Source of the DNA: Escherichia phage 536_P3
Length of the DNA: 40,175 nt
Reading direction: 5' to 3' (one strand)
Sequence record: PQ227709
The position numbers and the translations under genes were made by a program. Shown one piece after another: positions 28,075-37,536 of this stretch. The number at the start of each line of letters is the position of its first letter. The first letter of the stretch is position 1. The notes beneath the pieces are model-generated. The model saw nothing but the letters and a program-made list of their open reading frames with translations. It was not told the origin of the DNA and ran no database searches.

Positions 28075-30318
28075 ATGGCTAGTAAACTAAATAGTGTTTT
28101 AGGTAACATGGCGACTCCCGGTATGGAACGACTCCGGGGCGTCAAAGGCATGGACTACCGGGCAGCAACCATTCAGGCTGAACAACCAAGAGCGAGTCTT
28201 CTGGACTCCATTGGTCGATTCGCTAAGGCTGGTGCCGATATGTACATGGCGAAAGATGAACGTGATAAGCAACGAGCCGACGAGCGCTCCAATGAGATTA
28301 TCCGTAAGCTGACCCCTGAGCAGCGCCGACAGGCTATCCAGAATGGTACACTGCTGTATCAGGATGACCCATACGCAATGCAAGCCTTGAAGTTCAAGAC
28401 CGGGCGTAACGCTGCGTTCCTCGTTGACGATGAGGTTCAACAGGCCATCAAAGAGGGCCGCTTCCGTACTCGTGAAGAGATGGAGCAGTATCGTCACTCA
28501 CGCCTACAGGAGCACTCGAAGTCGTTCGCTGAGCAGTTCAGCATCAATGAGATGGACGAGGAGTACCAGAAGGGTTTCAATGCTAACATCACCGAGCGCA
28601 ACATCGCTCTGTATGGGGCACATGATACCTTCCTGAGTGACCAAGCGCAGAAGGGTGCAATCCTGAACTCGAAGGTTGAACTCAATGGTGTCCTGTCTGA
28701 CCCTGACCTACTGTCTCGTCCTGAGTCCGGTGAGTTCTTCCAGAACTACATTGACAACTCCTTGGTGACAGGGATGACTGACAATCAGGCTCAACAGGTT
28801 ATCTCTTCGTCCCTGAATGACGTGCTACAGCGTCCGGGTGGTGCCGCCTTCTTGCAGAACATTGAGAACCGCAAGGTGACTCTTAATGGCGCTACGACTA
28901 CCTATCGTGAACTGATGGGCGACGAGCAGTGGCAGGCCATGATGATTAAGGCACAGCACACTCAATTCCAGAACAACGCGAAGTTAACCGAGAAGTTCCG
29001 ACTGGATATTAACTCAGCGCTTAACCAAGCGGACACTGGTAAAGGCTGGGAGACTCTTCAAGGTATCAAGGCCGAACTCGATAAGATTCAGCCGGGTGAA
29101 GAGATGACTCCTGAGCGTGAGTGGCTGATTTCCGCACAGGAACAGATGCGCACACGCTTCAAGCAGGAACAGGCTGAGACAGCCAAGCTGATGGACAAGC
29201 AGCAGAAGACCCTGAATAAATCTTTGGTAATCGACAAGCAGTTCCAGAAGCGCCTCAACGGTGAATACGTCTCGACCAACTATAAGGACATGCCGACCAA
29301 CGAGAACACTGGTGAGTTTACACATAGCGATATGGTCAACTACGCGAACCAGAAGTTAGCGGAAATCGAAGCGATGGACTTAACACCTGAACAGAAAGAC
29401 AAACTGAAATTGGACTACCTACGGGCAGACTCCAAGGAGGGTGCTTTCCGTGCAGCGTTTGGTGAGATGATTACTGATGCTGGAAACGAATGGCAGGCTG
29501 CGGTGATTAATGGCAAGATGCCTGAGAGCACACCAGCGCTGGACAACCTTCGTCGCATCCGCAACACTGACCCTGACCTGATTGCCTCTCTGTATCCTGA
29601 CAAGGCCGAGTTGTTCCTGACGATGGACATGTTGGATAACCAAGGCATCGACACGCAGGTTCTTATCGACGCTGATAAGGCCCGCGCACAGAAGACCAAG
29701 GAGATGCAGTTTGAGGATGACCGAGCGTGGGCTGCTATGATGAACGATTCAACGAATCCTCAAATCAAGTACATGCCTTCGAGTGTCCAAGGGTATGCCC
29801 GGAAGATTTATGATTCCGTGAAGTACCGGACAGGGAACCCTGACATGGCAACTGAACAGGTCGCAAAGTTCCTCTCTGATTCGACGACCACGTTCTCCAG
29901 TAGCGATGTTGAGGGCGATACCTATGGTGTCCTGCCGAAGAACATCCTGACTGTTTCGGATGACCCTAAGTCGTGGGAGCAAGGGAAGAACATTCTGGAC
30001 GAAGCCATTAAGGGAATCACAGCGGCGAACCCTTGGATTACCAACAAGCAACTGTCGGTGTACCAGCAAGGTGATTCAATCTACCTGATGGACACAACCG
30101 GACAGGTTCGCATTCGGTATGACCAAGAGTTGCTCCAGCGTGAGTACCAGCGTACCGCACAGATGCAAGCTGAGGCAGCGCGAGAGAAAGCCCTCAAAGA
30201 GGCCAACAAACGTGCCCCAATCAGTCGTGTAACACAGGCGCGTGAAGAAGCGCGTAAACGTGTCCAAGAGAAACGGAAGAAGACTCCGAAGTACATCTAT
30301 GGACGTAAAGAAGACTAA
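28075..30318 (+). CDS. 15: Internal virion protein C
   Basis: 747-aa ORF, same size and position as T7 gp15. Confidence 0.9.
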   Translation: MASKLNSVLGNMATPGMERLRGVKGMDYRAATIQAEQPRASLLDSIGRFAKAGADMYMAKDERDKQRADERSNEIIRKLTPEQRRQAIQNGTLLYQDDPYAMQALKFKTGRNAAFLVDDEVQQAIKEGRFRTREEMEQYRHSRLQEHSKSFAEQFSINEMDEEYQKGFNANITERNIALYGAHDTFLSDQAQKGAILNSKVELNGVLSDPDLLSRPESGEFFQNYIDNSLVTGMTDNQAQQVISSSLNDVLQRPGGAAFLQNIENRKVTLNGATTTYRELMGDEQWQAMMIKAQHTQFQNNAKLTEKFRLDINSALNQADTGKGWETLQGIKAELDKIQPGEEMTPEREWLISAQEQMRTRFKQEQAETAKLMDKQQKTLNKSLVIDKQFQKRLNGEYVSTNYKDMPTNENTGEFTHSDMVNYANQKLAEIEAMDLTPEQKDKLKLDYLRADSKEGAFRAAFGEMITDAGNEWQAAVINGKMPESTPALDNLRRIRNTDPDLIASLYPDKAELFLTMDMLDNQGIDTQVLIDADKARAQKTKEMQFEDDRAWAAMMNDSTNPQIKYMPSSVQGYARKIYDSVKYRTGNPDMATEQVAKFLSDSTTTFSSSDVEGDTYGVLPKNILTVSDDPKSWEQGKNILDEAIKGITAANPWITNKQLSVYQQGDSIYLMDTTGQVRIRYDQELLQREYQRTAQMQAEAAREKALKEANKRAPISRVTQAREEARKRVQEKRKKTPKYIYGRKED

Positions 30319-30336
30319 CAGTGATAAGGAGGCTCC

Positions 30337-33300
30337 ATGAGCTACGATAAGAACAAACCTAGCGAGTTCGATGGGTTATTTCAAAAAGCGGCAGACAATC
30401 ATGGGGTCTCCTATGACCTGCTTCGTAAATTAGCATTCAACGAATCCAGCTTTAATCCAAAGGCCAAATCCCCAACTGGCCCGAAGGGTCTCATGCAGTT
30501 CACCAAAGGTACAGCCACTGCGCTTGGCCTCAAGGTTACTGACGCTGATGACGATGACCGTTACAACCCTGAGTTGGCTGTGGATGCAGCCGCTCGTCAC
30601 CTGAGTGACCTCATTCGGAAGTACGATGGGGATGAACTCAAAGCTGCCTTGGCGTATAATCAGGGCGAGGGACGCAACGGTGCTCCACAGATACAGGCTT
30701 ATGATAAAGGCGATTGGGCCTCAATATCTGAGGAAGGTCGTAACTATATGCGTAACCTGATGGACGTAGCTAACAGTCCTCGCAAGGGGGACTTGGAGGC
30801 GTTCGGCGGTATCACCCCAAAGGCTAAGGGCATTCCATCGGGGGATGCATTTGCTGGAATCGGGAAGAAGCAGACGGTAGGAACTGACCTGCCGGAGTCA
30901 ACTGGATTCAAAGTGGAGGGTAAAGAGCAGCAAGCGCCTAACGTGCCTTATGCTAAGGACTTTTGGGAAAAGACTGGAACAACACTGGACGAGTTTAATT
31001 CTCGTTCAACCTTCTTCGGAATCGGAGATGCCACAAGTGCAGAACTTCACAACTCCGTATTGGGTGTGGCTTTTCGTGCCGCTCGTAGTGATGACGGTTT
31101 TGATTTATTCAAGGACACCATTACGCCGACTCGCTGGAACAGCCATACGTGGACTCCAGAAGAGTTAGAGCGTATCCGTAAGGAAGTGAAGAACCCCTCG
31201 TACATCAACGTGGTCACTGGAGGCTCTCCTGAGAATCTGGATGCCCTCATTAAGATGGCGAATGATAACTACGAGATGGACGCGCGGTCTGCCGATGCTG
31301 GTGTTGGTGCCAAACTTACTGCTGGTATCGTCGGTGCTGGTGTAGACCCGCTGAGTTACGTGCCGCTAGTAGGTGTAGCCGGGAAGGGTCTCAAGGTGGC
31401 TAACAAGGCTTTCATTGTCGGTACTCAAAGTGCTGGCCTCGCTGTTGCCTCTGAGGGTATCCGTACATCAATCGCTGGTGGAGAAGCCCACTATGCTGAT
31501 GCTGCTTTAGGTGGTCTGATGTTCGGTGCTGGGATGAGTGCAATAAGTGATGCTATCGCGGCTGGTATTCGCCGTTCCCGTGGGACTGAGGTTGTTAATG
31601 ACTTCGCTCCTATGGCACACCGCTTGGAAGCCCGTGAGACCGCTCTGAACACTGGTGGGGAAGACCTGACCCGTATGCCTAGTGAGAACCGTGTATTCGA
31701 CCGTGAGCACGCTGGCGTTGAGTATTCGCCTCTGGAGACCGAGCCGGGTGCCATTGTGTTGCCTCAAGGTCAAATCCTTAGCGACACCAACCCGCTGAAC
31801 CCTCAGACTCTTAGCGAGTTCGAGGCGGTAAACCCTGAGCGTGCCGCGCGTGGTATCTCTTTGGGTGGCTTCACTGAGATTGGCTTGAAGACTCTACGCT
31901 CAGAGAACCCGACTGTTCGCGCCATTGCGAGTGACCTTGTGCGCTCTCCGACTGGTATGGAGTCCGGGACTTCTGGTAAGTTCGGTGCGACAGCTTCTGA
32001 CATTAAGGAGCGACTCCACGCGAACAACCAGCGCACCTACAATCAACTTTATGATGCTGTACGTGCTGCAATGAAAGACCCTGAGTTCTCCACTGGTGGG
32101 GCCACAATGAGCCGTAAGGAAATCCGACAGGAAATCTACAAGCGTGCAGCCTTAGCGATTGAGCGGCCTGAGCTTCAAGCAAACCTGACAAAGGGTGAGC
32201 GGAATGTGATGAACATCCTTAAGCAGCACTTTGACCTCAAACGTGAAATCATGGAGAACCCGTCAATCTTCGGCAACACCAAGGCGGTTAGTATCTTCCC
32301 CGGCTCCCGCCACAAGGGAACCTACGTGCCAAACGTGTACGACCGCGCAATCAAGATTGAGATGGTTAACCGCTACGGTAATGATGGCTTGCAGCGAGCA
32401 ATCGCTGAGTCATGGTTGACGTCCTATCGCGCACGTCCAGAAGTCAAAGCGAGGGTCGATGAGTACCTGATGGAACTCAATGGTCTCAAATCCGTGCAGG
32501 AAGTTACACCTGAGATGGTGCAGAAGCACGCGATGGATAAGGCGTATGGTATTTCACACACTGACCAGTTCTCTGCCTCCTCTGTCATTGAGGATAACAT
32601 TGAGGGTCTGGTGGGAATCGAGAACAACAACTTCTTGGAAGCCCGTAACATGTTCGACAGTGACATGGCGGTGACTCTCCCTGATGGTAACACGTTCTCT
32701 GTGAATGACCTGCGTACCTATGACATGGCTGAAATTCTCCCTGCATATGACCGCCGAGTTGATGGTGATGTTGCAATCATGGGTGGTTCCGGTAAGACTA
32801 CCAAAGACCTGAAAGATGAAATCATGGCGCTGGATAAGCAGTCAGAGGGTAACGGCACACTGAAAGGTGAGGTGGAAGCTCTCAAGGACACCGTGAAGAT
32901 TCTGACTGGTCGCGCTCGTAGGAACCCGGAAGGCGCTTGGGGTACAGCCCTGCGCTCCGTAAATGACCTCACGTTCTTTGCTAAGAACGCCTATATGGGC
33001 GCACAGAACGTTACTGAAATCGCTGGTATGCTGGCTAAAGGTAACGTCTCTGCGATAACTCATGGAATCCCTATGATTAACGATTGGGTCAACCGTGGGA
33101 AACCGCTGCGTGCCTCCGAGATTAAAGAGCTACACGGAATGGTGTTTGGTAAGGAACTAGACCAGCTAATCCGTCCGGGACGTGAAGACCACGTGCGCCG
33201 ACTCCGGGAGTCTACGGACACCAGCGCTGCGGTTGCCAATGTGGTCGGTACGATTCGTTTCGGTACTCAAGAGTTGGCTGCACGATCTCCTTGGACAATG

Positions 33301-34299
33301 CTCCTAAACGGAACATCAAACTACATTCTTGATGCTGCCCGTCAGGGTGTTCTTGGGGATGTGGCTGGAGCGGCCCTTGCTGGGAAAGCCTCTAAGTTCG
33401 GTAAGGCAAACTACCTTAAGTCTGCCTCTATCAGCCCTGAGCAGTGGAATGGAATCAAGCAGTTGTTCAGAGACTATGCGACTCGTGGAGAAGACGGTAA
33501 GTTCACCATTCGTGACAAACAGGCTTTCGCTAACGACCCTCGGTCAATGGACTTGTGGCGGCTGGCTGACAAGGTGGCAGATGAGACTATACTGCGCCCT
33601 CACAAGGTTTCCTCACAGGACTCCAAAGCGTTCGGTGCAGGGGTGAAGATGGTGATGCAGTTTAAGAACTTCGTCATCAAGTCCCTTAACTCCCGGTTCG
33701 TCCGTAGCTTCTACGAGGCAACGAAGAACAACCGTGCGTTAGACCAAGCGTTGACTCATATCATCTCTTTGGGTCTAGCTGGTGGTTACTACGTTGCGCA
33801 GGCGCACCTTAAGGCCGCAAGCCTACAGGAGCACAAACGTAAGGAGTACCTTAAGAACGCCCTTGACCCTAAGATGATTGCTCATGCATCAATCTCTCGT
33901 AGTTCACACTTAGGCTCGCCATTGAGTATCTACGACATGTTCGCTGGGATGGTTGGTAGCGATACCTATAAGTACACCCGCTCTACGGTACTCCCTAAAG
34001 AGTCCGAGAAGCGTGACCCCAACAAGGCGGTGACAGGTAGACAGGTGGCTTCAACTATCGCGGGTGCAGTTGGTGAGCAGGTTCCGGGTTTAGGTTTTGT
34101 TGGCTCTGTAGGTGCAACAGCTATTAACGCCGCTTCCCTACTGTCTTCTCCAAACAAGGCTACCGCTCTGGAGTTCCGTACAGGACTCTTCAATACCTCT
34201 CGTGAGTTAATTCCTAATGACCCGCTCTCGCAGCAACTCATTATGAAAATCTACGAGGCTAACGGTATTCGCATCAAGGAGACGCCGAAGAAACAATAA
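30337..34299 (+). CDS. 16: Internal virion protein D with N-terminal lytic transglycosylase domain
   Basis: 1320 aa; N-terminal ...GPKGLMQFTKGTATALGL...AALAYNQGEG is an SLT-like motif as in T7 gp16. Confidence 0.92.
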   Translation: MSYDKNKPSEFDGLFQKAADNHGVSYDLLRKLAFNESSFNPKAKSPTGPKGLMQFTKGTATALGLKVTDADDDDRYNPELAVDAAARHLSDLIRKYDGDELKAALAYNQGEGRNGAPQIQAYDKGDWASISEEGRNYMRNLMDVANSPRKGDLEAFGGITPKAKGIPSGDAFAGIGKKQTVGTDLPESTGFKVEGKEQQAPNVPYAKDFWEKTGTTLDEFNSRSTFFGIGDATSAELHNSVLGVAFRAARSDDGFDLFKDTITPTRWNSHTWTPEELERIRKEVKNPSYINVVTGGSPENLDALIKMANDNYEMDARSADAGVGAKLTAGIVGAGVDPLSYVPLVGVAGKGLKVANKAFIVGTQSAGLAVASEGIRTSIAGGEAHYADAALGGLMFGAGMSAISDAIAAGIRRSRGTEVVNDFAPMAHRLEARETALNTGGEDLTRMPSENRVFDREHAGVEYSPLETEPGAIVLPQGQILSDTNPLNPQTLSEFEAVNPERAARGISLGGFTEIGLKTLRSENPTVRAIASDLVRSPTGMESGTSGKFGATASDIKERLHANNQRTYNQLYDAVRAAMKDPEFSTGGATMSRKEIRQEIYKRAALAIERPELQANLTKGERNVMNILKQHFDLKREIMENPSIFGNTKAVSIFPGSRHKGTYVPNVYDRAIKIEMVNRYGNDGLQRAIAESWLTSYRARPEVKARVDEYLMELNGLKSVQEVTPEMVQKHAMDKAYGISHTDQFSASSVIEDNIEGLVGIENNNFLEARNMFDSDMAVTLPDGNTFSVNDLRTYDMAEILPAYDRRVDGDVAIMGGSGKTTKDLKDEIMALDKQSEGNGTLKGEVEALKDTVKILTGRARRNPEGAWGTALRSVNDLTFFAKNAYMGAQNVTEIAGMLAKGNVSAITHGIPMINDWVNRGKPLRASEIKELHGMVFGKELDQLIRPGREDHVRRLRESTDTSAAVANVVGTIRFGTQELAARSPWTMLLNGTSNYILDAARQGVLGDVAGAALAGKASKFGKANYLKSASISPEQWNGIKQLFRDYATRGEDGKFTIRDKQAFANDPRSMDLWRLADKVADETILRPHKVSSQDSKAFGAGVKMVMQFKNFVIKSLNSRFVRSFYEATKNNRALDQALTHIISLGLAGGYYVAQAHLKAASLQEHKRKEYLKNALDPKMIAHASISRSSHLGSPLSIYDMFAGMVGSDTYKYTRSTVLPKESEKRDPNKAVTGRQVASTIAGAVGEQVPGLGFVGSVGATAINAASLLSSPNKATALEFRTGLFNTSRELIPNDPLSQQLIMKIYEANGIRIKETPKKQ

Positions 34300-34319
34300 A
34301 CCCTCACTAAAGGGAGAGA
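34296..34319 (+). promoter_or_regulatory. T3-type phage promoter (phi17)
   Basis: ataaaccctcactaaagggagaga. Confidence 0.75.
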
Positions 34320-34372
34320 GGTCACATTCTGGCCTCTTCTCTCTCTTAATGCTAATTTACAAAGGAGGTCAC

Positions 34373-36058
34373 ATGGCTACAACTATTAAGACCGTGATGA
34401 CTTACCCGCTGGATGGCTCCACTACGGACTTCAATATTCCGTTTGAGTATCTGGCGCGTAAGTTCGTCAGAGTGACCCTTATCGGTGTTGACCGAAAGGA
34501 ACTCATCTTGAATCAAGACTATCGTTTTGCAACTAAGACCACAATCTCCACAACGAGAGCATTGGGGCCAGCGGACGGTTATAACCTTATCGAGATTCGT
34601 CGGTATACCTCAGCTACTGAACGTCTGGTTGACTTTACGGATGGCTCAATCCTCCGTGCGTATGACCTGAACATCTCGCAGGTGCAGACCCTCCACGTTG
34701 CTGAGGAAGCTCGTGACCTTACCGCTGATACGATTGGCGTTAACAACGATGGCGACTTGGATGCTCGTGGTCGTCGTATCGTGAACGTTGCGGACGCTAA
34801 AGACCCCGGTGATGCAATAACTTTAGGCCAAGTCCAGAAGTGGAACGAATCCGCGCTGAACTCTGCGAACCGCGCACGGGCTGAGGCCGACCGTGCAACT
34901 GCGCGTGCTTCCGAGGCTGCTACCTCTGCGGGTAACTCTGCTAGTTCTGCAAGCCTGTCCCGTGATTGGGCTATCAAGGAATCGCCGGTGGAAGGAACCT
35001 TTAAGTCTTCCCGGTCGTATGCCCTTGACTCTATGGAGTACCGGGATGCGTCCAAGAGTTCTGCTGATGCTAGTGCTGCAAGTGCTGGTGCCGCTAAGAC
35101 CTCTGAGATTAACACGAAGAACTCAGAAATCGCCGCTAAGACCTCTGAGACCAACGCGAAGACCTCTGAGACCAACGCTAAGGCTTCCGAGGAACGAGCC
35201 ATTGAGGAAGCAAATAAGCTGGAGAACATGAACGATTTGGCTGGTGCAATCAAAGAGGTTCTCAAGCCAGAAGGTGCTACTTCGGGCAAGGTTGTGTGGA
35301 AATATGATATTGATAGTAAAGTCCTCCGCGCCTACAACGGTATGTCGATTGGTTGGGATTGGGACGGTACTGGTAGTCCATTCATGAATTTCTATCGTGG
35401 GAAGGACGCACCTCAAGGAACCCTTAGCGTTGACGTAGGAGAACTCAGACTGTCAAACATCGGAAGACTACGAGTACAAGCCCCACTAAACGTAGCGGGC
35501 GACTACACGCAGGACGCTGGTAGCGTATGGATTAACTCAGGAGGCTGGATTCATATGTCAAACCGAGTCCCCTCTGGTGGTAACGGTAATCGAACTCAGG
35601 GCATCTTCCTGATGAACGGAATGGGAAACAATGGTCAGCGCTCCGAGTATTTCTTGGAGGACAACGGTCAGCGTATGGCGCAACAACTCGTAGTCACCAA
35701 TGGCACTAACCAAGCGTGGTACACATTCGAGGAACACGGACTTGTCATGAACAAGAACATGCGCATTAGCTGGGGTGGTAGAACCGCCTCGTACCAAGAG
35801 AATGGTGACATCACTGGTCAGGGCATTATCTGGAGTGGCGGCTCACTGAGTGCCCATTGCAATCGCTTTCTCACTAACATCTGGATTGGTGCTGGACGTC
35901 AGCGGCACGTAGGACAACAGACTTGGGAAGGTTGGATTGACAATGGGTGCGTCATGCGTGGTATCAAGCAGATTCGTGCTGGTGGTGACTGCTTCATTGA
36001 GGAACTGTTCTTTAATGAAATGTGGAAAGGTACAGACGTAGGCCAGTGGATTATCTAA
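34373..36058 (+). CDS. 17: Tail fiber protein
   Basis: 561 aa from ATG 34373 (AAAGGAGG RBS; track ORF starts upstream at 34349); N-terminus MATTIKTVMTYPLDGSTTDFNIPFEYLARKFVRVTLIGVDRK matches the conserved T7/T3 gp17 N-domain; C-terminal half not recognised. Confidence 0.93.
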   Translation: MATTIKTVMTYPLDGSTTDFNIPFEYLARKFVRVTLIGVDRKELILNQDYRFATKTTISTTRALGPADGYNLIEIRRYTSATERLVDFTDGSILRAYDLNISQVQTLHVAEEARDLTADTIGVNNDGDLDARGRRIVNVADAKDPGDAITLGQVQKWNESALNSANRARAEADRATARASEAATSAGNSASSASLSRDWAIKESPVEGTFKSSRSYALDSMEYRDASKSSADASAASAGAAKTSEINTKNSEIAAKTSETNAKTSETNAKASEERAIEEANKLENMNDLAGAIKEVLKPEGATSGKVVWKYDIDSKVLRAYNGMSIGWDWDGTGSPFMNFYRGKDAPQGTLSVDVGELRLSNIGRLRVQAPLNVAGDYTQDAGSVWINSGGWIHMSNRVPSGGNGNRTQGIFLMNGMGNNGQRSEYFLEDNGQRMAQQLVVTNGTNQAWYTFEEHGLVMNKNMRISWGGRTASYQENGDITGQGIIWSGGSLSAHCNRFLTNIWIGAGRQRHVGQQTWEGWIDNGCVMRGIKQIRAGGDCFIEELFFNEMWKGTDVGQWII

Positions 36059-36069
36059 AGGAGGACGAT

Positions 36070-36480
36070 ATGGAAAAGATTTATGAGAACTTCAAGCAGT
36101 GCGAAGTTACCGATGAGTATCGTAAGGCCGTGGGCGCCCCTTCGGATGCCCGGTTCTTCATGGACGATGAGGGTAACGATTGGTATGACCTGATGTATAA
36201 GCTGGACAGTACCGGGAAGTATACCGTGGCATTCTACCCTGATGGCTACGTTTCCTACGCGGCTACCAAGGTGGCTGGTCATCATGGTTGCGATGGTTGC
36301 TCTGTGACGCAGGTAGACACCCTTCCGGGAGAGTTCAAGACTGGCGTCTATTGGTTCTTCAACCGCGAGACACATTCGGTGGAAGAGCGCGAGCGTCCTA
36401 CATATGAGGAACCTAAGCGCACCAAGGAAGACATTATGGCCGACCTGCTTAAACTACAGAAGGAGCTACAGGCTATGTAA
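36070..36480 (+). CDS. Hypothetical 136-aa protein between tail fiber and holin, no recognisable motif
   Basis: ATG 36070 follows AAGGAGG (36058..36064) directly after the gene 17 stop; the canonical T7 order is 17 then 17.5; MEKIYENFKQCEVTDEY...HHGCDGCSV...EDIMADLLKLQKELQAM. Confidence 0.7.
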   Translation: MEKIYENFKQCEVTDEYRKAVGAPSDARFFMDDEGNDWYDLMYKLDSTGKYTVAFYPDGYVSYAATKVAGHHGCDGCSVTQVDTLPGEFKTGVYWFFNRETHSVEERERPTYEEPKRTKEDIMADLLKLQKELQAM

Positions 36481-36520
36481 CGCCGGAGCAACTGATGACT
36501 AACACATAAGGAGAACAAGA

Positions 36521-36724
36521 ATGTTATCTTTTGACTTCAACAATGAGGTCGTTAAGGCTGCGCCGATTGTTGGCACAGGGGTCGCTGATGGGGCGGCCCG
36601 ACTCTTTTGGGGACTATCGTTAAACGAGTGGTTCTACGTTACAGCTATCGCCTACACAGTGGTTCAGATTGGTGCCAAGGTAGTCGATAAGATGATTGAC
36701 TGGAAACGTGCAAACAAGGAGTAA
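36521..36724 (+). CDS. 17.5: Holin (type II)
   Basis: MLSFDFNNEVVKAAPIVGTGVADGAARLFWGLSLNEWFYVTAIAYTVVQIGAKVVDKMIDWKRANKE is near-identical to recalled T7 gp17.5. Confidence 0.93.
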   Translation: MLSFDFNNEVVKAAPIVGTGVADGAARLFWGLSLNEWFYVTAIAYTVVQIGAKVVDKMIDWKRANKE

Positions 36725-36727
36725 CCT

Positions 36728-36994
36728 ATGAGCGACAAGACTTTAATCAAGCTGCTGGAGATGCTAGACACGGAGATGGCACAGCGTATGCTTGCTGACC
36801 TCCAGAGCGAGGAACGCCGAACGCCGCAGCTTTACAACGCAATCGGCAAACTGTTAGACCGCCATAAATTCCAAATCAGTAAGCTGACCCCGGATGAGAA
36901 CATCCTTGGCGGTCTCGCGGCTGGTCTGGAAGACTACAACAAAGTGGTCGGCCCTAATGGTCTGACTGACGATGAGACTATCACGCTACAGTAA
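36728..36994 (+). CDS. 18: Terminase small subunit
   Basis: MSDKTLIKLLEMLDTEMAQRMLADL... matches recalled T7 gp18. Confidence 0.93.
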   Translation: MSDKTLIKLLEMLDTEMAQRMLADLQSEERRTPQLYNAIGKLLDRHKFQISKLTPDENILGGLAAGLEDYNKVVGPNGLTDDETITLQ

Positions 36995-36996
36995 GT

Positions 36997-37040
36997 GACA
37001 TACTCAAGGTTCTCCACGCGGGGAGCCTTTATGGATGTTA
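36997..37040 (+). promoter_or_regulatory. RNase III processing site R18.5
   Basis: catactcaaggttctccacgcggggagcctttatggatgtta. Confidence 0.65.
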
Positions 37041-37083
37041 TTTGGTGCATCTATGTAAAATCTGAAAATTGATGGGAGGTGTT

Positions 37084-37536
37084 ATGCTAAAACTTTTACG
37101 CAGCGCACTCCCTTGGGTACTCGCCGGGACACTCTTTATGGGTGGCTGGCACTTAGGGTCAACCCATGAGAGAGCAAACTGGAAGGAGGTAATCCAAAAT
37201 GAATACATTGCGAAAACAAAAGCAACCGCAACAACTCAGGCAGAGGTCAGTAGGGTATCCCGTGAGTACCAAGAAGAGATTGCAGCCATTGAAGGCAGCA
37301 CTGATAGGATGCTTAATGACCTGCGTAGTAATAATAAGCGGCTGTCAGTCCGCATCAAGACCCTTACCGGACTACCAGAAGATAACGGTAGATGCGAGTT
37401 TAATGGTCGAGCCGAACTACACGAGTCAGATGCTAAGCGTATTATCGGAATAACCCAAGCTGCTGACGCTCACGTAAGAGCGCTCCAGCGTACTATTAAG
37501 GAGATGCAGAATGAGCGACACCCAAGCAAACCGTAA
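37084..37536 (+). CDS. 18.5: Rz-like i-spanin
   Basis: ATG 37084 after GGGAGG (track ORF starts at 37069); [26 protein letters not shown]... resembles T7 gp18.5. Confidence 0.88.
   Translation: MLKLLRSALPWVLAGTLFMGGWHLGSTHERANWKEVIQNEYIAKTKATATTQAEVSRVSREYQEEIAAIEGSTDRMLNDLRSNNKRLSVRIKTLTGLPEDNGRCEFNGRAELHESDAKRIIGITQAADAHVRALQRTIKEMQNERHPSKP
37199..37453 (+). CDS. 18.7: Rz1-like o-spanin lipoprotein, embedded in the +1 frame of 18.5
   Basis: 84 aa with lipobox ...VVIISGC and C-terminal [18 protein letters not shown] resembling T7 gp18.7. Confidence 0.85.
   Translation: MNTLRKQKQPQQLRQRSVGYPVSTKKRLQPLKAALIGCLMTCVVIISGCQSASRPLPDYQKITVDASLMVEPNYTSQMLSVLSE

Noticed and set aside
34579-35289. 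236-aa minus-strand ORF and 112-aa + strand alternate-frame ORF (34893..35231) inside the tail fiber gene
   Set aside because: They lie in the Ala/Ser-rich repeat region of gene 17, where all frames stay open by composition; no start context.
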